64,000 nt of DNA from Candidatus Bathyarchaeota archaeon. GTDB taxonomy: Archaea; Thermoproteota; Bathyarchaeia; Bathyarchaeales; Bathycorpusculaceae. The notes below the pieces were generated by a model, which saw only the letters and a list, made by a program, of their open reading frames with translations, made no database searches and was not told the DNA's origin. Shown in pieces: positions 31,578 to 42,320 of this stretch; position 1 is the first letter of the stretch, and every line of letters begins with the position of its first letter. Made by a program: the position numbers and the translations under genes. The stretch is from contig CAVYHV010000006.1 of the NCBI GenBank assembly GCA_963768425.1, positions 192,001 through 256,000 on the forward strand. The letters are read 5' to 3'.

Positions 31578-31673
31578 ACTTTATCCTCTACAGAAAACAT
31601 TAAGATCAGTTCTAAAATACTGGAAGCTAATTAGCTACTAATTGGCACTTAATTTGTCGCGAAAACTTAAAGC

Positions 31674-31928
31674 TTGGATTTCAAAATTCATTGTTTTGCA
31701 GGTGTGTGCTTATTGCCTGACAAAATAATAATTGAGCCACCAGAGATTTCATTGGAAGAATACAAAAAGTACAGTGGAATGGACGTGGCTATATACAAAC
31801 ATAAGATAGTAGCTGCTGGTCGAACATCAAGCGAGGCATTAAATGCGGCGTTAAGAAAATATCCGAAAGCGAAGACAGAAGAAATAGAAATTGAGTATAT
31901 CGAATCAGCGGATTTCCTAATACTTTGA
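31674..31928 (+). CDS. DUF5678-like small protein
   Basis: KYSGMDVAIYKHKIVAAGRTSSEALNAALRKYP. Confidence 0.7.
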   Translation: MDFKIHCFAGVCLLPDKIIIEPPEISLEEYKKYSGMDVAIYKHKIVAAGRTSSEALNAALRKYPKAKTEEIEIEYIESADFLIL

Positions 31929-32257
31929 AAAACATGCGTTTTCAAGCTCTTGACGTGACGACTGGTTTTGCCGACTCGGCCTGAAAAAACTTTCATGATA
32001 AAATTTGCCTAACATTGAACTAAATCCAGATAGCGTCTTTTAGGACGGATTCCCCTTGGAGCTGCCTTTTCGTGTAAGTTGTGGTTGTTCTTCTACAATC
32101 ACATAGATTATTTAGTTATCAGCAGTGAACTTTAATATTGAAAGTCAAATCCATAAGGAAGAATTACTTGAATAAGGTAATCTAATTTAGTATAAGCTTT
32201 AATATACGGTGCATTGTATTGAAGAACGGTCGAAAGAGGAGTAACCCGTTGTCAGTT

Positions 32258-32534
32258 ATGGCAGTTAGACCTAGAGTGACTTTAAGCCCTCAGTGCACTT
32301 TATGAACGGCGTGAACAATTACAGGCAGACTATAAGTGGTTACTTGAACAAAAAAGCGTTTTGTCACATGACCCCAAGTTTCTCAACAAATTCGTAGCTG
32401 TAAAAGATAAGAAAGTCGTATTTTTTGAGAAAGACCCTGATTGTTTAAAAAGAAAAATCAGAGCAACAAAGGAAAGCCCTGACACTTACGTGGTTGACTA
32501 CATTAGCCAACAATCCACTTGTTTCCTTCTTTAA
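32258..32534 (+). CDS. Second DUF5678-like protein, frameshifted near 5' end (absent from ORF track)
   Basis: Manual translation: EQLQADYKWLLEQKSVLSHDPKFLNKFVAVKDKKVVFFEKD...YVVDYISQQSTCFLL*. Confidence 0.55.
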
Positions 32535-32551
32535 AAGAGGCAATTGATTAA

Positions 32552-33022
32552 TTGCCTTTGATTGCGGATATTGTAACTCTTCAAGATGAATTAACGAATA
32601 GTGTTTTCACTTATGCAACTATTGCAGGTTCAATTAGTCATCCAAAAGAGATTAGAAAACAACAAGTTATACCTTTTATTGTCGATTCAGGAGCTACTAC
32701 AACTACATTAGCGCCTTATTATACCAAGGCGATAGGCATCGATTGGGAGGAACTGCCTCAGGCTCAAAGTCCTTGCACAATTGCTAACGGACGCAAATTT
32801 TATGCGAGGGTTCTTGATTATCCCAAGATAAAATTCAACGTCAAGGATGAAGATAAAAAGAAACAAGAAACTTTCAGCCCTCAACGCATTCTGGTTGTGC
32901 CATACTCTAAAAAGAAAAAGAAAATTAAACCAACACCCAATCTTTTAGGCATGGATATCTTGAGCAATTTTAGCAACTGGGAATGGAATCACGCTAATGG
33001 AAAATTGTATTTAAGACCTTAA
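32552..33022 (+). CDS. Retropepsin-like (clan AA) aspartic protease
   Basis: FIVDSGATTT and LLGMDIL motifs. Confidence 0.8.
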   Translation: MPLIADIVTLQDELTNSVFTYATIAGSISHPKEIRKQQVIPFIVDSGATTTTLAPYYTKAIGIDWEELPQAQSPCTIANGRKFYARVLDYPKIKFNVKDEDKKKQETFSPQRILVVPYSKKKKKIKPTPNLLGMDILSNFSNWEWNHANGKLYLRP

Positions 33023-33258
33023 CCTAACAGACGATTTTTGACAGAGAACCGCCAGACGGAGACTTTTCAGAGCTCTATTGTTCCCGTGAAATTTAACTTA
33101 TTCCGTTGTGCTTGGGACTATCACATCTCAGCTATTTAATGAAGCCAGAATTTGTGAGGATTCGAAGCAACATCAGAGCTAAGCAGATTATTGTCAAGTT
33201 AACCTTGAAATTTATTAGGAAAACAATTATTAATCATTAGCTACTAATTAGTGATAGT

Positions 33259-34039
33259 AATGGCTGATAAGCTTGACATGCTTGAAGGGGACATTGTTTC
33301 TCTTCTGCGAAAGCATGAACCTAACATGCTCCGCTGGAACGAAATAGTAGAAAACCTCTGGCAAACATATCAGTATCGATACAAAGACAGAAAGGGGTTC
33401 GGAGTAGCAGTCAACGGCAAGCTGAAGCTTCTTGTTGCGAAAAAGACGAGTTGACCACAAAGAGATCTTTTATGGGATGCCTAACTCGTTGACGCCTGAT
33501 GAGTTATCTTCGATGGAGAACACCAAGAAAACCCAAGCTGAAGTAGACGCCGTTAAAGTGGCGCTTGAAGGGCTTCAGCATGATTTCAGGTATTTCAAAG
33601 AGCCAACTATAGTTGACATATCTTTGAGGGCTGGTAAGCCTCCGACAGTCGTGGAGCCTATCCTCTACAGGCTGGCCAAAGATACAGGATGGAAACCGCA
33701 GGAAAACCCGGAAAAGAGGCAAAAGACGCTATTAACTTGGCAGGGTGGATTTGCTGGAAACAAAAAGGCGAACAAGACCCAATTGCAAAAGAGCTGGCGA
33801 CTGAAGCGATAAACAACGCATCTTCGGACGTTAGAAGGAGAGCCGAAACGATTCTAAAATTGTTTCCAGATTTGGTTCCAGCTGCCAATAGGAGGGTGCT
33901 GCAGTGGCCGCTGGAAACGCAGAGGTGTTGGCGACGGCTTTTTGACAGCGAGCCGCCTGGGCCTCCAAATTGGGGTGTAGGCGCAATTATGGGAGATAGC
34001 GATGAGACCTTAAATTCGCTTTTTAGACGCCGCTTCTAA
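33259..34039 (+). CDS. Hypothetical protein (wHTH-like segments), split by frameshifts
   Basis: Overlapping co-oriented ORFs 33251..33454, 33432..33812 and 33689..34039. Confidence 0.45.
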
Positions 34040-34221
34040 AAAAACAAACCTCAAAAAGCAACCCCGACCTGCGCGCTTTTTCAACATGCGTTTGGTTCAA
34101 ACCTGACCCGCTTCAACATCGAAATAGTTCAATTTGCTCAACCCCTCAAAGCCGTTTTCACGAGTTTTTTCTAATTTCAAGCCCAAATCAACCCCAATTG
34201 CACCGAAAATAAAGCAACTTT

Positions 34222-34239
34222 TTGAACCTGCAGGTTCAA
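34222..34239. promoter_or_regulatory. Perfect 18-bp palindrome TTGAACCTGCAGGTTCAA
   Basis: Read directly; ~110 bp upstream of the UvrD-nuclease gene; function inferred only. Confidence 0.45.
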
Positions 34240-34346
34240 TTCAGCAAAAACCTCTAATCCTACCCCGAACGCCTGCTTAAGTTGCAAAACGTTAAATTGA
34301 TTTTTGAATAATACATTATGTACCCTTTCAGTCTTGGCGATATTGG

Positions 34347-37319
34347 ATGACTGATCTTTTCGATAACTTGAACCCTCAACAGCAGGAAGCTGTCAAAGAA
34401 ATTGAGAAACCCCTCCTCATAATTGCGGGTGCTGGTTCAGGCAAAACTCTGACAGTGGCAAGCAAAATCGCCTATCTGATCGAACAGGGCGTGAAGCCAG
34501 AGAACATTTTGGCGTTAGCTTTTAACCAGAAAGCCGCCGAAGAGCTGAAAGAAAGAGTTATCGGTATGCTGGAGAATTCAGAGGATTTGAGCATATCGAC
34601 TTTTCACTCGTTTTGCAACCAAGTCATACAGGATAATCTTTTAAACACCAAACTTAACGCTAACTATAGGGTTATTACTGATACGGCTCAGCTGGTTTAT
34701 TTTACCAAGAACATTAACAGGTTTGGCATCGAGTTTTTGGAGTTTAATCATGAGCCCTACACATTAGCGGAAGAAGTTAAGAAGTTCATTTCCAGATGCA
34801 AAGATGAAGCTATAACTGCGGATGACCTGGAGAAATGGGTTGCAACGCAAGAGAAAAAATCTCTTGACGAAGAAGAGCAAATTTCGCTAAATAACCTCAA
34901 AGATATTCTAAAGATTTACCGGTCCTACGAAGATTACAAAGTAAAAAATAACATGCTTGATTTCGGCGACATGCTCTGCACAGTATACAACCTGCTCAAG
35001 AATAACCCTTTGATTCTAAAGCGTTACCAAGACAGCTTCCAATACGTTATCGTTGATGAATTCCAAGACACTAACTACATTCAACTGCAGATTGTCCATT
35101 TGATAGCTAAAAAGACATGGCCACATAACAGTTGTAGGAGATGATGACCAAAGCATCTACCGATTCCGAGGCGCCTACCTAACCAACATAGCGGAATTCA
35201 AACAAATGTTCCCAAACTACATAGAAAAAGCCTTGGAACATAACTACAGAAGCACCAAAAAAATCGTCGCTGTAGCAAACAAACTGATCGAGAACAGTCC
35301 AGAGCGGACAATAAAGAAGCTGTTCACAAACAACCCTGAAGGAGAAAAAGTCGCGGTCGTTGAGACTCCAACGGATAATTCGCAGGCAAACTATGTCCTT
35401 GAAACAATCAAAGAACAATTAAAATCACATCCCCATAAGGATATAGCGGTGCTGTGCAGGCGAAGAGCAAGCGCTGAACCAATAATCAAAGCCCTCAGAA
35501 AACAAGCCATACCCTTCAACTTTGTAGGCGAGACGGGCTTTTTCCAAGAACCCATAATCAAAGACGTTACAGCTTATCTAAAAGTTGCAAGCAACCCGCT
35601 GGAAAGCAATGCGGAACTTGTTAGGATCATGCACCGCTACAACATTAGCCCTGTTGACATCTCCAAATTCAACTCATATGCAGGCCACAAAGACATCTCG
35701 TTATACGAAGCCTTTGACCACCTTAACGAATTAGAAGTTGATAAATTCAAGTTCCTTGCACTAAAGCAAGTCCTAAAGGAGATATTGAAAAATAAGAAGA
35801 GGCTGCGAACTCTCGACCTCATCCATAACCTCCTTTTTGAGCTCGAATTCTACAAATACGAGATAGCGCTCCAAAACCACCGAAACATTCAGCTCCTAAA
35901 CCAGTTCTATGCGTTCGCTGAAGAATTTGACAGTCTCTACCCTGATAATGACATCGATGACTTCACAGATTACTTGTCTTATGCCTCAAACTTTGAAATC
36001 GAAGAGAGAAACACAGACGAACAAGCTATTATCATCTCGACTATTCATGGCGTCAAAGGCATGCAGTACCCAGTCGTGATAATTCCAGACTTGGTTGAAC
36101 GCAAACTTCCAACAATCTACCAAAAAGACAAATTCCCAATCCCCCAAGAGCTGCTCAAGGGCGTAAAATCAAAATTTGACGAGAAGGAGCTGCACCTCCA
36201 AGAGGAACGGCGACTCTTCTATGTAGCCATAACCCGAGCTAAAGACAAACTATTCATAACTTACGCTAAGCGGTATGGCGAGAACAAAACAGACTCCAAA
36301 CCATCCAAATTCCTAAACGAAATAGATTACACCCAAAACGAAAACATCAATTTCCAACAAGCTGACCCGCCAGAGCTAGTCAGTGGAGTGCGTAACAAAA
36401 GAAAACCAAACCCAAACAACACTACTGAAACAAACTAATGTCATCCATTAAAGCAGAAAACTACCGCAGACGCAATAGAAAACATTCTATTAATTGCTAA
36501 ATGCCAAAACAGAGACCGAGACATCAAAGAAATAATCGCACAAATCAAAGAACCCGACTACAGCACACTTGAGCAAGGCTGCGAAGAAAAACCAGTCACC
36601 ATCTCTGACGACCACCTTTTCAGTGTTTCACAATTTATCTCCTACAAAAAATGCCCAAGACTCTACCAATACCGCTATTTGATGAAGATTCCAGAGAAGC
36701 CCCGCTACTACTTTGACTTCGGCGCCTCCATCCACAACATCGTAGAACAGCTCACTAAGCTGCTAAAAGAGGGCAAACCCATAAACCAAGACGTTGCCTA
36801 TGAGCTTCTCCAGAAATACTGGGACCCCAAAGGCTACAAATCGCGAATCGATGAAAAGAGAGACTATAAAGAAGCTAAGGCGATTCTCAAAGTCTTTCTG
36901 GATGAGCAAGCTAAGAGCAAGTCGGAGATAGTTGATATTGAGCGATGGTTTGAAACCACAATTAGTAATGTGCGGTGAAAGGGCGAATTGACCGCATAGA
37001 CAAAGAACGGCTCCGATTATCACAGTTATTGACTATAAAACAAGCAAAAAAGCCCCTTCTTTAAATGAACTCAAAAAGGACATGCAACTGCTGGTTTACG
37101 CGCTTGCAGTTAATGAGGTGTATGGCAGCAAACCATTGGTCGGCGACTGGTTTTTGCGATCCAACGAAAAAGTGTTCTTTAAACCGGAAGACCAAGCCAT
37201 TGATGCACTAAAAACAGAAATCGCAGACATAGCAGGCGAAAATCAAAGCTGGATAGTTTGAGCCTAAAAAGAGCTGGGAATGTAACTACTGTGACTACGG
37301 CTGCCTCTGCGACACATAA
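34347..37319 (+). CDS. UvrD/PcrA-type SF1 helicase fused to C-terminal RecB-like PD-(D/E)XK nuclease with Cys cluster (AddA/AdnA-like); multiple frameshifts
   Basis: AGAGSGKT, VDEFQDTN, NYRS, STIHGVKG, EERRLFYVAITRA; then YKKCPR, GRIDRI, IDYKT, QLLVYALA and CNYCDYGCLC. Confidence 0.88.
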
Positions 37320-37388
37320 GCTGAAAAAATCTGATTTTTCTGACAGCGCTAATTTTCGTATTACCGTTAGAGCAAATGCTGTAATTGG

Positions 37389-37589
37389 CTACCTTAGTCC
37401 TTGGTCGTCGTCCCAGAGGTCGTCTCCGCCGTAGTCGGATTCCAGTGTTGCTCCAGAGCTAGAGTATGTTGTATCTCTCATGGCGCCGCACAGCTTGCAT
37501 ATGTCAGTGTCTTCATCGTTTTCGTGTCCACAGTTTAAGCACTCCCAAGTCTCCTTTTTCTTCGTTGGATCTTGTTCACTAAGAGGCAT
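37389..37589 (-). CDS. Small RanBP2-like zinc-ribbon protein with acidic tail
   Basis: WECLNCGHEN...CKLCG. Confidence 0.65.
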   Translation of the reverse strand: MPLSEQDPTKKKETWECLNCGHENDEDTDICKLCGAMRDTTYSSSGATLESDYGGDDLWDDDQGLR

Positions 37590-37925
37590 AAAAATGACTT
37601 TAGCAACTATTTGCTTAAAAGCTTAAAAAACAATGGACTTTAATGAGCTAGCTCAGCAAACTCTGTCTAACACAGAAAATTACGAGTTGCCAAAAAAAGA
37701 ACAGAGAGAGTCGTTAAGTACTTTCTGCAGATACCCAGGCTAAGTACAAATCTGTGTTTTTGGTTCGTTTTGCTTTATGTATTCTGTTTAATTGCGGCAG
37801 CATTCCGAACAAAGAAACAAACTGCGAGTAATCACTAAATCATTCATTTGTTTGATTCTAAAGGAGTGGAAAAGCATTAAGGCTGTTGAAGCATTGCGCC
37901 GTCAGCCTCAGGAGAGTAAGTTGTG

Positions 37926-38282
37926 TTAGGAGATTACGCGAAGTCTTCTTTTGGTGATTATTACGAGGTTGTTTTGAGTTTTGTTGAGGTCAATTCTACT
38001 TTGAGCGGTGTTAAGTGCTTGAATAATGCTTTGGCTGGTTCCTTCTTTCGTTTTTACGAGAATGACCGCAAGTTTGCGTCTATAAAGAGCATGATATAGC
38101 TTGGCAAAATCCGCGTCTTGGGTTAGAACTGTCATGCCATTTTTCACCGCGAATTCTGCTATCTTCTTATCCGCCGCGCCTCTAAGGTTGACGTCAGCTA
38201 AAATAACTGTTACGAAGCCTTTCTGTTTTAGCCAATCCCTGACGCGTATTGGTATGTTTTGATCGATCAAAATCGGCGCCAA
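37926..38282 (-). CDS. DUF5615-family PIN toxin
   Basis: LIDQNIP, GAADKKI and VLTQDADF motifs. Confidence 0.85.
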   Translation of the reverse strand: MAPILIDQNIPIRVRDWLKQKGFVTVILADVNLRGAADKKIAEFAVKNGMTVLTQDADFAKLYHALYRRKLAVILVKTKEGTSQSIIQALNTAQSRIDLNKTQNNLVIITKRRLRVIS

Positions 38283-38299
38283 AGAATGTTCCTCTGCTC

Positions 38300-38527
38300 T
38301 TACACAGGAATGATTTCTTCACGATCAAGGCATTTAGATGCGTACAACAGCGCCGCTTTTATGTCCTCTTTCTTTAGATCGGGATAGTCCTCTAATATCT
38401 CAGTTTCCGTGGCCCCGTTTGCTAAGAGTTGAATAATAAGATTCACTGTGATACGAGTACCTTTGATGACTGGCTTGCCAACCATTATTTCAGGGTCTAT
38501 AATGATCCTGTCCATCAACTCTTCCAT
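38300..38527 (-). CDS. DUF433 antitoxin-like protein
   Basis: RIIIDPEIMVGKPVIKGTRITV. Confidence 0.9.
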   Translation of the reverse strand: MEELMDRIIIDPEIMVGKPVIKGTRITVNLIIQLLANGATETEILEDYPDLKKEDIKAALLYASKCLDREEIIPV

Positions 38528-38649
38528 TCAAATCACTTTGTTCTTATGAACGATATCAGCGAATATCTTATCGGATGGGTAGTATATGAGGATATACACG
38601 CATGCTTAGGTTTTTCGAATTAAAAGAGTGTTGGTTACGAGCCTATTTC

Positions 38650-38832
38650 CAAGGTTTGTGTGCTGGAACAACCACCCTAATCTCGTTTTTTCTACAACCA
38701 AACAAAGAATTATATTTCTCTTTTTCAGAAAGGCGCATCACAATATGACTACCTTTTGGTTGTTAACAACATAGTCTATATTTGTCAGAGCTTGACTACC
38801 TTTTCATAGTCTACCGGAGTTAATTTAGACAC
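38650..38832 (-). pseudogene. hicA: HicA toxin remnant (frameshifted and truncated)
   Basis: Homologous to 47448-47704; KGSHIVM and VVPAHKP motifs. Confidence 0.75.
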
Positions 38833-39028
38833 TGACTTGCACCGATTCGATGGGTACTGGATCGCCATGTTCCTTTAGAGCTTCAAGATATGCTTGGATT
38901 GCTTCTTTGACGTTTTTCATTAGTTCTTCTCTTGTTCTGCCTTCTGTGGCACAGCCTGGTAAATCAGGAACTTTTGCGACAAGAACGCCATCTTCGTCCT
39001 TTTCGATAATTACCCTGTACTGAAGCAT
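38825..39028 (-). CDS. hicB: HicB-family antitoxin (short form)
   Basis: VPDLPGCATEGRTREELMKNVKEAI; protein identical to 47697..47900. Confidence 0.9.
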   Translation of the reverse strand: MLQYRVIIEKDEDGVLVAKVPDLPGCATEGRTREELMKNVKEAIQAYLEALKEHGDPVPIESVQVSV

Positions 39029-39151
39029 ATGTTTTCATGCGTCTTGAAAATTCTTAAGCCTTCGCTTTCTAAAACCCAATTCTTCCCTTTGAAAAACGTT
39101 GTTAAACTTTAGCAAACACTTGCATCGCTCAACGCCTGTGGAGCCTTCAGA

Positions 39152-39292
39152 TTCAGCCAATCCCTGACGCGTATTGGTATGTTTTGATCGATCAAAATCG
39201 GCGCCAAAGAATGTTCCTCTGCTTTTACACAGGAATGATTTCTTCACGATCAAGGCATCTTGATGCGTATAACAGTGCCGCTTTTATATCCT
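39152..39292. repeat. Partial duplicate of the DUF433/DUF5615 junction (38228-38368)
   Basis: ~140-bp near-identical direct repeat. Confidence 0.88.
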
Positions 39293-39381
39293 CACCGCGA
39301 CTTTTAACAAAAGCGGAAGACTGGGCAAACACTGCTCCTCGATAAAACAAAAGAAAAAATGGAGGATGTTTGCTTGCGGAA

Positions 39382-40377
39382 TTATGGATATTCACGAGAC
39401 CACGTGTCTGAGAAACTGGTTTTGTCATAAGATATTCTTGATGGTGTAGCTGTTGCTGCACTGGTTACCATGGTTATCGATTGAATCGCTGAATCGAAAG
39501 AACCGAGCGGCCTGGAAATCCCATTTATTGTAGCGTAACACGTTCCCCAAATACCCGTAGAATCGTAGCCATAGTTCACTTTGTGGAAGTTCGCAAGTGG
39601 CAGAAATGTCATGACGTCGTCACTTATGGTTGCTGGCCTCTCCACAATCCATTCAGCCGAAGACCTCTGAGCGTCCGGAACAGATTCAGAAGTAGAAAAA
39701 CTCCAACCCTGCGTTTTCTCCCAAATGGTCACCGTGAATTCAAAGCTCAGCGAACAAGCCTTGCCTGGGTCAGTGAATGCATTGCTTGAGCTGGTCAATG
39801 CCATGTTTGGGCTGATGAATGTGTTAATTGGACTGACGACTGCGCTGATTGGGCTGCCGAATGTGTTGCTTGGGCTGCCGAATGTGCTGACGCTTACGGG
39901 TCCGTATGTTACGGATGCAAAAATAGTGTCGCCGGGATTTACTGGAGCTGGAGCGCCTGTGCTTGTGACTAGCTCGTACGCTGGACCTGGATAGAACTCA
40001 AACCAAGCGAGATATACTGTGGATCTGCCAGTGGATTCAGCCAAGGTTCCTATTTGCTCTACAGTAGTAGAACTCGTTTTAACACCGTCCATACCTACCC
40101 AATTGGCCTCGTAATATGCTGTTGATGACCAAGGTTCAGGGGAAGTAGTAAAGGGGACTATCCATGACCCACAGGCAGAAGTCACCGAGCCTGTTCGATC
40201 TGTTACGGCGTATCCGCTCCAATTTTGGCTTGTGCTGGAAGCAGGGTTGCCATTGATGCTTGCTACACCAATTGCTGGTGCTGTTGTTGGGCTTGCAAGG
40301 GCTATTGCTGGACTGATTGCTGCTAAAAGCATAAGGGCGCCAACGAGAAATACAGATAGTTTAGTTGATGTTTTCAT
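39382..40377 (-). CDS. Secreted G1-family (eqolisin, peptidase A4) glutamic peptidase
   Basis: Signal peptide; SQNWSGY, WVGMDG, VEQIGT, AWFEFYP and SSAEWIVERP motifs. Confidence 0.85.
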   Translation of the reverse strand: MKTSTKLSVFLVGALMLLAAISPAIALASPTTAPAIGVASINGNPASSTSQNWSGYAVTDRTGSVTSACGSWIVPFTTSPEPWSSTAYYEANWVGMDGVKTSSTTVEQIGTLAESTGRSTVYLAWFEFYPGPAYELVTSTGAPAPVNPGDTIFASVTYGPVSVSTFGSPSNTFGSPISAVVSPINTFISPNMALTSSSNAFTDPGKACSLSFEFTVTIWEKTQGWSFSTSESVPDAQRSSAEWIVERPATISDDVMTFLPLANFHKVNYGYDSTGIWGTCYATINGISRPLGSFDSAIQSITMVTSAATATPSRISYDKTSFSDTWSREYP

Positions 40378-40810
40378 AAGAATTCACCTTTTTTTGCTTA
40401 AAATTACACTATAAATCTAATCGGCTGACTAGATATAAAACTTTTGACAAGTCGGCGCTTTATTCTTACATTGGATCTATAGCCATTGCAGCACACGAAA
40501 CCGTTTTGTCCAACTCGTTAAGATCAGCTATAATGCTTTTTAGAGCGTTGCAACTTTTGCGTTGATTTTTGGAGACCCAACTGGGAGGTTCAAGTAAATC
40601 GTGGTATTGACGCTGAGTATTCTAGGCAGTTAGTTATTGATCAAGATTGCTGGTTGACAATCACTAAATTGGTTTTGGGACTTAAGTGAACTTTCATCAG
40701 CTACGTCATTGGCCAGCAGGATTCGTACATTAACTAATTGAATAAGTTTTACGTTAATAGTAACATGTTTTTTATAATACGATTGATATATACAATATCG
40801 GTAATACTGA

Positions 40811-41041
40811 ATGGTCGTGCAAGAAACTGTCTGCGCTAAAGTTCCTGCTGAACTCAAGAAAAAGCTAGCAAACTTAGGCGTAAACGTAAGCGAGCTAATC
40901 CGAGAATCCCTACAATCTGAAGTTGACCGCTTAGAAAGAGAGCGCCTGAAAAAACTTGCCAATGAAGTATCCGTCATTCTTAAGAAAATTCCGCCGGAAG
41001 AATTTGTTGAATCAGTCAGGGCTACTAGGGAAAACTTATGA
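40811..41041 (+). CDS. VapB/CcdA-like RHH antitoxin
   Basis: TVCAKVPAELKKKL...VNVSELIRESL; overlaps the PIN gene. Confidence 0.8.
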   Translation: MVVQETVCAKVPAELKKKLANLGVNVSELIRESLQSEVDRLERERLKKLANEVSVILKKIPPEEFVESVRATRENL

Positions 41042-41469
41042 CAAAGCCACAATTGCTGTTTGACGCTAACGCCATTTTTAGACTCATCAGAGAATACCCA
41101 GACGATGCCCCGGATAAGTTGAGTGATGGCTCAACAATTTATTTAGCATACTACGAGCTGGGTAACGCGTTGTGGAGAGAATGCTTTTTGCTTAAGAGAA
41201 TAAGCTTAGAAGAAGCTGAAAGGTCACTGGATTTGATGTATACGATTCTTGCGCGAATGCAGGTATCCTCACTTGATAATGAACGGGGTAGCGCAGCTTT
41301 GAACATAGCCTGCAAACTTAACCTAACATTTTACGATTCAACCTATCTTGCAGAATCAAAGAAATCGAACAAAATCCTAGTCACCGACGACAAAAAACTT
41401 GCAAAAGCAGCAGAGACATTTGGAATAAAAACTATCTCAAGCATCGCGTCAGAGGAAAATCATGCCTGA
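41038..41469 (+). CDS. vapC: VapC PIN toxin
   Basis: LFDANA, YYELGNALW, LTFYDSTY and LVTDDKKL motifs. Confidence 0.9.
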   Translation: MTKPQLLFDANAIFRLIREYPDDAPDKLSDGSTIYLAYYELGNALWRECFLLKRISLEEAERSLDLMYTILARMQVSSLDNERGSAALNIACKLNLTFYDSTYLAESKKSNKILVTDDKKLAKAAETFGIKTISSIASEENHA

Positions 41470-41541
41470 CACCAACCAAAGTTAGCAAAAAAATAGAACG
41501 GTTCCTCTTCTCAACGTGATCGGTTTACTGGCAGCCTCCTG

Positions 41542-41860
41542 GCTTTCATTGAAAGAATTCAAAGGGATAGAAATCCTAACAGTTGAGGAAACGCTAAACG
41601 TTCTGAATAGTTAGCGTTATTCATCAAAATTGATTACTGGTTGACAATCACTTTCTCGTTATTACGGCATAAGTAAACGTACAGATGCTGATTCAGCCCA
41701 TACTAAATTGGCGGAAAAAGGGGTGGTTGTATATGTTTCCTTTTTTCCATAGCAATTTGGGGTCTTCGCCGAACATTACTCCTACTCCTGGAGGCGGGAT
41801 GCGTTTTAGTTGTCGTGTCGCCAATACGAAAAGCGTAACACAGTCGTCATGGTAGCCTTC
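41542..41860 (+). repeat. ~320-bp direct repeat, copy 2 (vapC end + terL C-terminal remnant)
   Basis: Matches 28073-28391; EGYHDDCV...PPPGVGVMFGEDPKL. Confidence 0.9.
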
Positions 41861-42051
41861 GGCGCTTGGTGATGCAAGTACCCACTTTACCGCGTTTTTT
41901 GTCGAGACCAAAGACCGCCTTTTCTCTTTATATCTAAAGTTTTCAAAAGCAAAATCACTGTATACCCGTTTTCTAACGTTAACTCTTGAGGTTTTCGTAG
42001 AGTTTAGGTTGAACCTGAACGCCTTACGCATCTTGCATACCCGTGATCTCT

Positions 42052-42280
42052 TGTATCAACAAAATGTATTGACAAAATGTATCAACATTGACCCACCCGG
42101 TAGGTTTGTACATACAAGAAAGACCTGCTCATTTTCTTTGGAGGTTCCTTAACAAACTGAATTGATCGGTGTCGCCAGATTTATAGAGATTTAAAGACTC
42201 AACCTGCAAGCGATCCAAACCGCATTTTCAAAAAAGCAATCCTTTCACAAAGAAAAAAATTTGCCGGAAAATCGTCAACC
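42052..42280. repeat. Dispersed non-coding element, copy A
   Basis: TGTATCAACAAAA-type 13-bp x3 + CATTGACC...GTACATACAAG; downstream similarity to 59270-59345. Confidence 0.75.
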
Positions 42281-42320
42281 TCTTTTTCGTTATTTTGTTA
42301 TATGGCTCATTTAAGTACTT

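Noticed and set aside
39035-39461. ORFs 39035..39253 and 39225..39461
   Set aside because: Products of the partial DUF433/DUF5615 duplication, not independent genes
41693-42031. 112-aa ORF as a real gene
   Set aside because: Only its C-terminal half is a terL remnant inside the direct repeat; the rest has no protein-like signal
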